A DNA stretch of 64,000 nucleotides from Firmicutes bacterium ADurb.Bin248. Lineage in GTDB: Bacteria > Bacillota > Clostridia > Christensenellales > CAG-138. The notes beneath the pieces are model-generated. The model ran no database searches. It was not told the origin of the DNA and saw only the letters and a program-made list of their open reading frames with translations. Each line of letters opens with the position of its first letter. The first letter of the stretch is position 1. A program made the translations under genes and the position numbers. The stretch covers positions 56,583-120,582 of the forward strand of contig MWBW01000001.1 of NCBI GenBank assembly GCA_002069725.1. Reading direction: 5' to 3'. Positions 36,735 to 45,094 of the stretch are shown in pieces.

Positions 36735-38099
36735 ATGAAGGAAAAGATCGCGGCGTTTATCCGGGAAAACGGGCTGATCCCCGCGGGAAGCGGGGTCGTC
36801 GCGGGCGTGAGCGGGGGCGCGGATTCCGTGGCGCTGCTGCGCGCGCTGACGTTGCTTGCGCCGGGGATGGGTTTTTCCGTGTTCGCCGCGCACCTCAACC
36901 ACGGCATACGCGGGGAGGAGGCCGACGCGGACGAAGCTTTCGTCGCGGACCTGTGCGAAAGCTGGGGCGTGCCGCTGATCCGCGAAAAGCTCGATATTCC
37001 CGCGCTCGCGCGCGCGCATTCCCGCACGCTCGAGCAGGAGGGGCGCGAGGCGCGCTACGCGTTTTTCGAGCGGGCGAAGGCGCGCTTCGGCGCGGACCTC
37101 GTCGCGGTCGCCCACCATAAGGACGACCAGGCTGAAAGCGTATTGCTGCACCTGACGCGGGGGAGCGGCCTCGCGGGCCTTGCGGGCATGCGGCCCAGGC
37201 GCGGGAGCCTCATCCGCCCCATGCTGTGCGTGCGCCGCGCCGAGATCGAGGCGTATCTCGAGGCCGAGGGCATCCCCTACCGCACGGACGCGACCAACCT
37301 CGTGCCCGCAGGCACGCGCAACCGCCTCAGGCTCGACGTGATCCCGTACATCGAGGCGCACATCAACCCGGCGTTCACGGAAATGCTCTGCTCCGGGGCG
37401 GAGCTTCTCAGGCGGGATGAGGACTACCTCGCGGACGCCGCGCGCGAAGCGCTCGCGCAGGCTTTGCGGGAGGGCGGGTACGACCGCGCGCAGCTTCTTG
37501 CGCTGCCGCCGCCCATAAGGACCCGCGCCGTGCGCCTCGCGCTGGCCGCAATCGGCGCGGACGTGGACGTCGAGCGCACGCACGTCGAAAAGGCGTGCGA
37601 GCTTCTCGCGGCGAAAACCGGCGCGCGGCTCGACTTGCCGGGCGCGCGCGTGCGCACGAGCTACGGCCTCGTGTTCTTCGGGAAGCCGGGGAAGCCCGCG
37701 CCGCGGGAATTCGAATCGAAGCTCGCGATCCCCGGGGATACCGCCGCGCCGGAGGGCGTTTTTCGCGCCGAGATCACGCCGGATACGGCGGTCACGGCCG
37801 ACCCGTACGTCGCCTGCTTCGACCTGGACAGGCTCCCGCCGGACGTCGTCGCCCGCCGCAGGAGGGCGGGGGACCGGTTCTTCCCGCTCGGCGCGCCGGG
37901 GAGCCGCAAGCTCAAGGAATGCTTCATCGACCGGAAGGTCCCGCGCGAGGCGCGCGACGCGCCGCTGCTCGCCTCGGGGAGCGATGTGCTCTTCGTGCCG
38001 GGCTTTCGCATCGCCGAGTCCGTGAAGGTGATTGGGGAAACGACGCGCGTGCTGCGCGTTACATATATTTCCACAGGAAAAAAAGGAGGAACCGAATGA
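36735..38099 (+). CDS. tilS: tRNA(Ile)-lysidine synthase
   Basis: SGGADS PP-loop; 454 aa with a TilS C-terminal domain. Confidence 0.9.
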   Translation: MKEKIAAFIRENGLIPAGSGVVAGVSGGADSVALLRALTLLAPGMGFSVFAAHLNHGIRGEEADADEAFVADLCESWGVPLIREKLDIPALARAHSRTLEQEGREARYAFFERAKARFGADLVAVAHHKDDQAESVLLHLTRGSGLAGLAGMRPRRGSLIRPMLCVRRAEIEAYLEAEGIPYRTDATNLVPAGTRNRLRLDVIPYIEAHINPAFTEMLCSGAELLRRDEDYLADAAREALAQALREGGYDRAQLLALPPPIRTRAVRLALAAIGADVDVERTHVEKACELLAAKTGARLDLPGARVRTSYGLVFFGKPGKPAPREFESKLAIPGDTAAPEGVFRAEITPDTAVTADPYVACFDLDRLPPDVVARRRRAGDRFFPLGAPGSRKLKECFIDRKVPREARDAPLLASGSDVLFVPGFRIAESVKVIGETTRVLRVTYISTGKKGGTE

Positions 38100-38638
38100 C
38101 GCAGCGCACCGACATGAACAGGGACATCGACCATGTGCTCATCAGCGCGGAGCAGATCGGCCGCAGGGTCAGGGAGCTGGGCGCGCAGATCAGCGAGGAT
38201 TACGAAGGCAAGGACGTCGTGCTCGTATGCATACTCAAAGGCGCGGTGATTTTCTTTTCGGATCTCGCGCGCGCGATCACCTGCCACATGGAGATGGATT
38301 TCCTTTCGATCTCAAGCTATGGCAACAACACCAAAACCTCCGGCATCGTTCGCATCTCCAAGGATATGGATACCTCCATCACGGGGCGGCACGTGCTCAT
38401 CGTCGAGGACATCATGGACAGCGGCCTCACGCTCAACCACCTGACGCATCTGCTGAAGGCGCGCGAGCCCGCGAGCCTGAGGATCGCGTGCCTGCTCGAC
38501 AAGCCCGAGCGGCGCGAGTGCGCCATCACGCCGGACTACGTGGGCTTCGTGATCCCCAACGAGTTCGTGCTCGGCTACGGCCTCGATTACGAGCAGAGGT
38601 ACAGGAATCTGCCGTACGTGGGGGTTATGAAGACGTAA
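38096..38638 (+). CDS. hpt: Hypoxanthine phosphoribosyltransferase
   Basis: VLIVEDIMDSGLTL PRPP motif. ATGA overlap with the tilS stop. Confidence 0.9.
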   Translation: MTQRTDMNRDIDHVLISAEQIGRRVRELGAQISEDYEGKDVVLVCILKGAVIFFSDLARAITCHMEMDFLSISSYGNNTKTSGIVRISKDMDTSITGRHVLIVEDIMDSGLTLNHLTHLLKAREPASLRIACLLDKPERRECAITPDYVGFVIPNEFVLGYGLDYEQRYRNLPYVGVMKT

Positions 38639-38680
38639 CAGGCCGCCGCCGCCATAACCCGGGCTGAAACGGAAAACGGG

Positions 38681-38714
38681 GAATCCCTGCGGGGAAAAGC
38701 AGGGATTCTTCTTT
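38681..38714 (+). terminator. Rho-independent terminator after hpt
   Basis: GAATCCCTGC-GGGGAAAA-GCAGGGATTC followed by TTCTTT. Confidence 0.65.
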
Positions 38715-38875
38715 ACCCTTTCTCCGGAAATTCGGTTTCGCGCAGACCGAAGCCGGGGGGATTGGCCGCTTGTTTCGGCCAAATCCCCCCGGCTTTTCAT
38801 TGTTATTGCTCGGTTGCTGCGTGTTTCTCTGCTTTAACTGGCGATTAGCTCGCCAGCCGGCAATTGCCCGGCGTT

Positions 38876-39247
38876 TTACTTGATTTCGACCGTCGCGCCG
38901 ACTTCCTTGAACATGGCGGCGATCTTCTCGCACTCTTCCTTGGAAACGCCTTCCTTGAGGGGCTTGGGCGCGCCGTCCACGAGGTCCTTGGCTTCCTTGA
39001 GGCCCAGGCCCGTCAGCTCGCGCACGGCCTTGATGACCTTGATCTTCTCGGGGCCGACTTCCTTGAGTATGGCGTCGAACTCGGTCTTTTCCTCGACCTC
39101 CTCGGCGGGGCCCGCGGCGGGACCCGCGACGGCGACGGCGGTCGCGGCGGCGGATACGCCGAACTCCTCCTCGAGGGCTTTGACGAGCTCTGCGAGCTCC
39201 AGAACGGTCATGGACTTGATGTCCGCAATCAGCTGCTCCTTATTCAT
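38876..39247 (-). CDS. rplL: 50S ribosomal protein L7/L12
   Basis: [31 protein letters not shown]... Confidence 0.97.
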   Translation of the reverse strand: MNKEQLIADIKSMTVLELAELVKALEEEFGVSAAATAVAVAGPAAGPAEEVEEKTEFDAILKEVGPEKIKVIKAVRELTGLGLKEAKDLVDGAPKPLKEGVSKEECEKIAAMFKEVGATVEIK

Positions 39248-39289
39248 GTTATCTTCCTCCCATATTTATTCGGTTGATGGTGTGCCGCT

Positions 39290-39808
39290 TTACTCCGCGG
39301 CGGCCGCGGGTTCGCCGCGCTTCTTGGCGATCTGGTCGAGCGCGATGACGAAGCCGGAAATCGGGCTCATCATGCTGCCCAGCAGCCTTGCGATGAGCTG
39401 CTCGCGCGAGGGCAGGTCGGCCAGGGTTTCCATCGCCGCGGCGTTGGCCACGGTGCCGTTGATGAGGCCGCCCTTGATCGCGCACTTCTTGAGTTTTTTG
39501 ACGGAGTCCCTGAGTATGCGCGCGGGCGCGACGGGATCGTCGTACCCGAAGGCGAACGCGGAGGGGCCCTTGAGATGCTCGCCGAACGAGGCGTCGATGC
39601 CGGCGGCCTGCGCCGCGCGCTCGACCATGCCGTTCTTGAGCACGACGTACTCGACGCCGGCGTTGCGCATATCCTTGCGAAGGTTCGTGACCTCCTCGAC
39701 CGTAAGGCCGCGGTAATCGAACACCACCATGGACTGTGCCTTTTCGATGCGCGCCCTGATCTCTTCGACCTGCTGCGCTTTCATCTCGATGTTCTTGATG
39801 TTTGCCAT
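39290..39808 (-). CDS. rplJ: 50S ribosomal protein L10
   Basis: 172 aa, L10 family, upstream of rplL. Confidence 0.95.
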   Translation of the reverse strand: MANIKNIEMKAQQVEEIRARIEKAQSMVVFDYRGLTVEEVTNLRKDMRNAGVEYVVLKNGMVERAAQAAGIDASFGEHLKGPSAFAFGYDDPVAPARILRDSVKKLKKCAIKGGLINGTVANAAAMETLADLPSREQLIARLLGSMMSPISGFVIALDQIAKKRGEPAAAAE

Positions 39809-39811
39809 AGT

Positions 39812-39987
39812 TTCACCTCCTTGAAAATAAAATCCTTTGCCTAAGACAAAGGATGAAAGGACGCCGTATGCTTGCGTCGCGCTTCACCTCGGCGGGATAT
39901 TGAGCCGCAAAGCGGCACCTGCTGTCTTCGGCCTGCGGTATTTGATTTTCCACGGGGCAGTGTATCACACCGCCCCGCGGTTGTCAA
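39812..39987 (-). promoter_or_regulatory. rplJL promoter plus L10-leader-like attenuator
   Basis: Minus strand: TTGACA (39987-39982), 17-nt spacer, TACACT (39964-39959). The roughly 130-nt leader ends in hairpin ATCCTTTG-N7-CAAAGGAT + TTTTATTTT (39854-39823) just before the RBS. Confidence 0.55.
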
Positions 39988-39994
39988 CGATGGT

Positions 39995-40684
39995 TTAGAA
40001 CTTCAACCCGCTGAATTTCACGCCCGGGCCCATGGTGGTCGAGAGCACGAGGCTCTTGATGTAGGTGCCCTTGGCGGAGGCGGGCTTGGCCTTGATGACG
40101 GCGTCCATGAGCGCGGAGAGGTTCTCGACGAGCTTCTCGCCGCCGAAGGATACCTTGCCCACCGGCACGTGTATGATGGAGGTCTTGTCCACGCGGTATT
40201 CGACCTTGCCGGCCTTGATGTCCGCGATGGCCTTGGCGACGTCCATGGTCACGGTGCCGCTCTTGGGGTTGGGCATAAGGCCTTTGGGACCGAGTATGCG
40301 CGCGATGCGGCCGATGGTGCCCATCATGTCCGGAGTCGCGACGCACACGTCGAAATCGAACCAGTTCTCGGTCTGGATCTTCTTGACCATGTCGTCGTCG
40401 CCCACGTAATCCGCGCCGGCGTCCTGCGCCTCCCTGGCCTTGTCGCCCTTGGCGAAGACCAGCACGCGGACCTTCTTGCCCGTGCCGTGCGGCAGCACAA
40501 CCGTGCCGCGGACCTGCTGGTCGGCGTGGCGGGGGTCTACGCCCAGGCGGATGCTCGCCTCGACGGTTTCGTCGAACTTGGCCTTCGAGGTGGAGATGAC
40601 CACGTCCATGCCCTCGCGCGGGTCATAGAGCTTCTGGGGATCGACCAGCTTTACGCTTTCCTGATACTTTTTGCCATGCTTCAT
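39995..40684 (-). CDS. rplA: 50S ribosomal protein L1
   Basis: 229 aa, L1 family. Confidence 0.95.
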   Translation of the reverse strand: MKHGKKYQESVKLVDPQKLYDPREGMDVVISTSKAKFDETVEASIRLGVDPRHADQQVRGTVVLPHGTGKKVRVLVFAKGDKAREAQDAGADYVGDDDMVKKIQTENWFDFDVCVATPDMMGTIGRIARILGPKGLMPNPKSGTVTMDVAKAIADIKAGKVEYRVDKTSIIHVPVGKVSFGGEKLVENLSALMDAVIKAKPASAKGTYIKSLVLSTTMGPGVKFSGLKF

Positions 40685-40749
40685 ATTATTTTCCTTCCTG
40701 TGGTAGTAGCGGCCTTTGGCCTCCCACTTCTATATCAGGGCGGCGCCCA

Positions 40750-41175
40750 TCAGTCCACTACGGTGACGCCCATGCTGCGGGCGGTGCCGGCGACCATGCT
40801 CATGGCGGCCTCAATGCTTGCGGCGTTGAGGTCGGGCATCTTCATGGCCGCGATCTCGCGGACCTGCGCCTGGGTGATCTTGGCGACCTTGTCCGCGTTC
40901 GGGCGGCCGGAGCCGGACTGGAGGCCGCAATACTTCTTGATGAGCACGCTGGCGGGCGGGGTTTTGGTCACGAAGGTGAAGGTGCGGTCCTGATAAACGG
41001 TGATCACGACCGGGATGATCAGCCCCATGTCCTTGGCGGTGCGCTCGTTGAACTCCTTGCAGAAGCCCATGATGTTGACCTGATGCTGGCCGAGCGCGGG
41101 GCCGACCGGCGGCGCGGGCGTTGCTTTGCCGGCAGGGATCTGCAGCTTCACAAAGCCTGTGATCTTCTTTGCCAT
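40750..41175 (-). CDS. rplK: 50S ribosomal protein L11
   Basis: [29 protein letters not shown]... Confidence 0.97.
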   Translation of the reverse strand: MAKKITGFVKLQIPAGKATPAPPVGPALGQHQVNIMGFCKEFNERTAKDMGLIIPVVITVYQDRTFTFVTKTPPASVLIKKYCGLQSGSGRPNADKVAKITQAQVREIAAMKMPDLNAASIEAAMSMVAGTARSMGVTVVD

Positions 41176-41503
41176 TGAAATTTCCTCCTAAAAATAATGT
41201 GGTGCGAGCGGACAAATCTTATGTCCTCCCACCTATGCGAACCCCGGAGGGGTGCATACCTGAACTGCTTGCCTCGCAGTTCACAATGGTCGCCGCGCGT
41301 CGCCGTGGGAACGGCTTCCTTCGGCTCCCCTGTTCACTGGCCTTGCGCCTCGCTCCGTCCGCCTCTGACAGCGCTCGGCTCCGGCCTAACACTATATGGA
41401 CCCCAAACTAAGAAGGGGTACATACCTGAATAAACGTTCGGCGGCGCAACTAATAATTGTAGTGATTCACCATTCACTATTAGTTGTTAGCTGCAAAAGC
41501 TCT

Positions 41504-42022
41504 TCAGAGCTTTTGCACCTGTATGTAGTCGAGCTCCACCGGCGTGTTGCGCCCGAACATCGACACAACCAGCTTGACCTTCTGCCGCTCGGGATCGAGC
41601 GCCTCGACGGTGCCTATGAAGTTCTCGAGAGGCCCGGAGATCACGCGCACGCTTTCGCCCACGACGATGTCCAGCTCGATGGGAATGTGCTCCACGCCCA
41701 TGGCCGTGACTTCCTCGTCGGTGAGGGGGATGGGCTTGCTTCCCGGCCCCACGAAGCCCGTGACGCCGCGGGTGTTGCGCACGACGTACCAGGTGTTGTC
41801 GTTCATGATCATCTTGACCATGACGTAGCCGGGGAAGAGCTTGCGCTGGACGACCTTGCGCTTGGAGTCTTTCATCTCCACGACTTCCTCCGTGGGGTAC
41901 TTGACCTCCAGGATCAGGTCCTGCAGGCTGCGGTTCTCCACGGTCTTTTCAAGGTCTTCCTTAACCTTGTTCTCGTAGCCCGAATAGGTATGGACTACAT
42001 ACCATTTGGCTTCCTCGGACAT
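41504..42022 (-). CDS. nusG: Transcription termination/antitermination factor NusG
   Basis: Starts MSEEAKWYVVHTYSGYENKV; 172 aa with a KOW domain. A hairpin overlaps the stop codon (41491-41516). Confidence 0.95.
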   Translation of the reverse strand: MSEEAKWYVVHTYSGYENKVKEDLEKTVENRSLQDLILEVKYPTEEVVEMKDSKRKVVQRKLFPGYVMVKMIMNDNTWYVVRNTRGVTGFVGPGSKPIPLTDEEVTAMGVEHIPIELDIVVGESVRVISGPLENFIGTVEALDPERQKVKLVVSMFGRNTPVELDYIQVQKL

Positions 42023-42030
42023 AATGCTCC

Positions 42031-42381
42031 TCAGTTGGCCGCGGCCGGCGTGGCGGCCGCATCCGGGGTAGCGGTTGCCTCGGGCGTTGGGGTCGCCTCG
42101 GGCGTCGCGGTCGCGCTGACGGCGGCGCCGAGATCGACGGCGCTCAGCGCCGTGAAGCCCTTGCCGAAGCCGAAGTCGAGCACGCCGATCATCACCGAGA
42201 TGATCACGATGAACGCCAGCACCGTCGCCGTATAGGCGATCAGCTCCTTGGGCGTCGGCCAGGTGACCTTCTTGAGCTCGCCGTACACCTCGCGGAAGAA
42301 CTTGCCCGCGCGCTGGAGAATGTTGGGTCCGGCGGACCTGCCCTTTTCCTTCTTGTCCTTCTTGTCCGTATCCTTGGCCAT
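42031..42381 (-). CDS. secE: Preprotein translocase SecE with a low-complexity C-terminal extension
   Basis: KVTWPT motif plus a single TM helix, then an extra tail AAVSATATPEATPTPEATATPDAAATPAAAN. Confidence 0.85.
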   Translation of the reverse strand: MAKDTDKKDKKEKGRSAGPNILQRAGKFFREVYGELKKVTWPTPKELIAYTATVLAFIVIISVMIGVLDFGFGKGFTALSAVDLGAAVSATATPEATPTPEATATPDAAATPAAAN

Positions 42382-42396
42382 CGTGCTCTCCTTTGC

Positions 42397-42546
42397 TTAC
42401 TTGGCTTCCCTGTGCGGGGTGTGCTTGCGGCAGAAGCGGCAATACTTGCTGAACTCCACGCGGTCGGGATCGTTCTTCTTGTTCTTGAACGTATTGTAGT
42501 TCCTCTGCTTGCACTCCGTGCAGGCCAACGTGATCTTGACGCGCAT
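42397..42546 (-). CDS. rpmG: 50S ribosomal protein L33
   Basis: [49 protein letters not shown]. Confidence 0.95.
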   Translation of the reverse strand: MRVKITLACTECKQRNYNTFKNKKNDPDRVEFSKYCRFCRKHTPHREAK

Positions 42547-42754
42547 TCCGGTAACCTCCTGTATTTCACGGCACGCCGCCGCCATCGCAAACTACGTACC
42601 TAAATAAACCCCCCTCGCGGGGGATACCTTCAATAATCTACCACACGGACGTATCGATGTCAACGAAAAGAAATGCAAAAACGCTGGTTTTTTCAGGCAG
42701 TTTTGGGGCGTTTGTACCTGTGTTTGCGCGATGCCGCCATATGTTGTGGCGCTC

Positions 42755-43630
42755 TCATCGCGGCCTTCCGGAGCGCCCGCGCGGCTGCCTTGCGTTGCGG
42801 CTCACGGACGGATAGACGCCGTGTCTCCCGGCGGGCGGAAAGGGGGCGCGCGCGTTGCGTACGCTGCGCCTGACGCCGTAGCCCTGCGTGGACGGGGCGG
42901 GCTTTTGCGTACCGGCGCCTTTCTCGACGTAGGCGGTCTCGGCGCCTTCTTTGCCCGAGGGGGTAAAAAGCCTGTTCGCCATGGATACGATCGAGAGCGC
43001 GGCCTCGCTTTTGACATCGGGCATGCGCAGCGCCTCCCGCATGAGGCGCTCCGCGCGCTCTTCGCGTTTGATTGAGCGGTTCGCCCCGGCGGGGGAGGAA
43101 AACGGCGTTTCCGCCGCCCGGCTCGCGGGGACGATGCGCTCCCTTTGCGCCTGCGTCTGAGCCTGCGTTTGGTCCTGCGCCTGCGGCGGCCTTGCTTGGG
43201 CGGGCTTCGGGGAAACCGCTTCCGGCTCCGGGACGGCCGCAGCCTCCGCCGCGCGGACGGGTTCCTCCGCGCGCTGCCGCGCGGCCGGGGGCTTCGGCCC
43301 GGACCCTTGCGCGAGCGCGAGCTGCACGCGCAGCGCCGCCGCTTCCATCTGCGCGCGGGTCAGGCCGGAAAATCCGCTGGCGACGATCTTCCCCGCGCGG
43401 GAGACGAGCACGCCGGAGGCGTCCTTCGCGTTTGCGGGGAGGCTCGCCGTCATCGCGGGACCGAGCGGCGCGCGCAACAGCGCGCCCGCGCCGTGCACGA
43501 GCCACGCCACATACTCTCCGTCCCCGCGGGGGAGGAGTTCCACGGCGAGCGCGCCGGACGAGCCCTCGTACGACAGGCGCGCCGCGCCGCGCGCCTCGCC
43601 CTGAAGCGCGAACAGCTTTCGATTTGGCAT
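42755..43630 (-). CDS. Hypothetical protein with a P/A/Q-rich central region
   Basis: Starts MPNRKLFALQGE with RBS GGAGGATG. The longer track ORF overlaps the opposite-strand NUDIX gene and is rejected. Confidence 0.45.
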   Translation of the reverse strand: MPNRKLFALQGEARGAARLSYEGSSGALAVELLPRGDGEYVAWLVHGAGALLRAPLGPAMTASLPANAKDASGVLVSRAGKIVASGFSGLTRAQMEAAALRVQLALAQGSGPKPPAARQRAEEPVRAAEAAAVPEPEAVSPKPAQARPPQAQDQTQAQTQAQRERIVPASRAAETPFSSPAGANRSIKREERAERLMREALRMPDVKSEAALSIVSMANRLFTPSGKEGAETAYVEKGAGTQKPAPSTQGYGVRRSVRNARAPFPPAGRHGVYPSVSRNARQPRGRSGRPR

Positions 43631-43726
43631 TATATCATCCTCCGCGCGAATTTCATACTTATATATATTGCCGTCGCCGGGATATGATATAATCGACGCG
43701 ATGAAAATACCGGAGGAAATGGGGAT

Positions 43727-44344
43727 ATGCGGGAAATGCTTGACGAAAAGGGACGCACGCTCGCGCGATTTCTCGCCGAGTACGACATAGACAAGTACCG
43801 CCGCCCGTCCTGCGCGGTCGACATGGCGGTGTTCACCGACGAACAGGAACCCTCCGTGCTGCTCATCCGGCGGCGCAACCATCCCTACATCGGCCGCTGG
43901 GCGCTGCCGGGCGGCTTCGTCGGGTTCGACGAAACGCTCGAGCACGCCGCCGCGCGCGAGCTCGAGGAGGAAACGGGCGTAACGGACGCGGAGCTTCACC
44001 CGTTCGGCGTGTTCGACGCGGTGGACCGCGACCCGCGCACGCGCGTCATTTCGACCGGGTTTTACGCCGTGCTGCCGCGCGAGCGGCTTTGCTTTCGCGC
44101 GGGGGACGATGCCGCAGACGCCGCGCTTTTCTGCGTAACTTCCGTGCGCGAGCTCGCGCACAGCGCCGCGGCCTCGATCTTGGGCATAACGCTCGTCGGG
44201 CCGGCTCTCATAGAATGCCGCGCGCGCGTGCTCTACGGCGCGCGCGGCGAGAAGGTCGTTCCCCTGGCAAAGCCCGGCGAAGGGGGCCTCGCCGCCGACC
44301 ACGACTGCATTTTGCTGAGCGCGCTGCGCGCTTTAAACAATTGA
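43727..44344 (+). CDS. NUDIX hydrolase
   Basis: Nudix box GGFVGFDETLEHAAARELEEETGV. Extended -10 TGATATAAT upstream. The stop TGA lies inside a family-A head. Confidence 0.85.
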   Translation: MREMLDEKGRTLARFLAEYDIDKYRRPSCAVDMAVFTDEQEPSVLLIRRRNHPYIGRWALPGGFVGFDETLEHAAARELEEETGVTDAELHPFGVFDAVDRDPRTRVISTGFYAVLPRERLCFRAGDDAADAALFCVTSVRELAHSAAASILGITLVGPALIECRARVLYGARGEKVVPLAKPGEGGLAADHDCILLSALRALNN

Positions 44345-44532
44345 CAATTGAAAATTGACAATTGACAATCGGCTTACAATCGAACGGGCTTTCGCTTTAA
44401 GGTGCGCAAGCCCGTTTTCGTTGGGTTCCTCACATGTTTTTCGCGGTTTTCTGTCCGCGATGCAAATAACCGGCAGCCAAACCGATTCACTTGATTGTCA
44501 ATTGTCCATTGTCAATTGTCAATTGTCAATTA
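44338..44532. repeat. Inverted pair of family-A heads bracketing a convergent intergenic region
   Basis: CAATTGACAATTGAAAATTGACAATTGACAATC (44338-44370) and GATTGTCAATTGTCCATTGTCAATTGTCAATTGTCAATTA (44493-44532). The interior has hairpin AACGGGCTT...AAGCCCGTTTT. Confidence 0.8.
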
Positions 44533-44766
44533 TTCATCGATCACAAGGTACGGCCGCAGCCGCTCGAAGTCCGCCGGATTGCTCACGACCAGCTCCACGC
44601 AGGTGATGCGCTCGTCCTGGAACATCTGCGTCAGGGCGATGTACTGGCAGAGCGTGGACTTGAGGTTGAGCCTGTCCCCCTCCTGCGTGACGAGCTCCAC
44701 GCGGCCGGGGCAGGCGTTGACCGCCGCGAAGAAGAGCCGCGGCTCGGCGATATTGGTGATCTTCAT
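44530..44766 (-). CDS. Hypothetical protein (78 aa)
   Basis: ORF with good coding character, 4 nt downstream of the preceding gene. Confidence 0.5.
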   Translation of the reverse strand: MKITNIAEPRLFFAAVNACPGRVELVTQEGDRLNLKSTLCQYIALTQMFQDERITCVELVVSNPADFERLRPYLVIDE

Positions 44767-44770
44767 ACTC

Positions 44771-45094
44771 TCACTCCCATTCTATGGCGCCCACGGAGGC
44801 GAGGTATTCCTCCGCGAAATCCATGTAGTCCTCCGCGAGGCGCATGGCGTACATTTTGTATTGGGGGAAGCGGGCCTTCATCCCCTCGAAGAGCACCTCG
44901 TAGGCCGCGTCGTCGTCGTATACTTCGCCCGCGTCCGCGCCCGACGCTTTCATATACTGTTCGTCGAGCGCCATGAGCGCGTCCACCATCGCGGGCAGCT
45001 CCCCTTCCTTGAGGAAGGAGAAATCCCCTTCGGCGTCGAATTTGCCGAGGATATACTTCTTCATTTCGTTGACATCCACATCGGCGTACATCAT
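44771..45094 (-). CDS. Hypothetical acidic protein (107 aa)
   Basis: ORF overlaps the pepF stop by 4 nt (translational coupling). Confidence 0.5.
   Translation of the reverse strand: MMYADVDVNEMKKYILGKFDAEGDFSFLKEGELPAMVDALMALDEQYMKASGADAGEVYDDDAAYEVLFEGMKARFPQYKMYAMRLAEDYMDFAEEYLASVGAIEWE

Noticed and set aside
42755-44302. 515-aa ORF on the minus strand.
   Set aside because: Its N-terminal 224 codons are antisense to the well-supported NUDIX gene and its promoter. An RBS-preceded ATG at 43630 gives the plausible 291-aa product.
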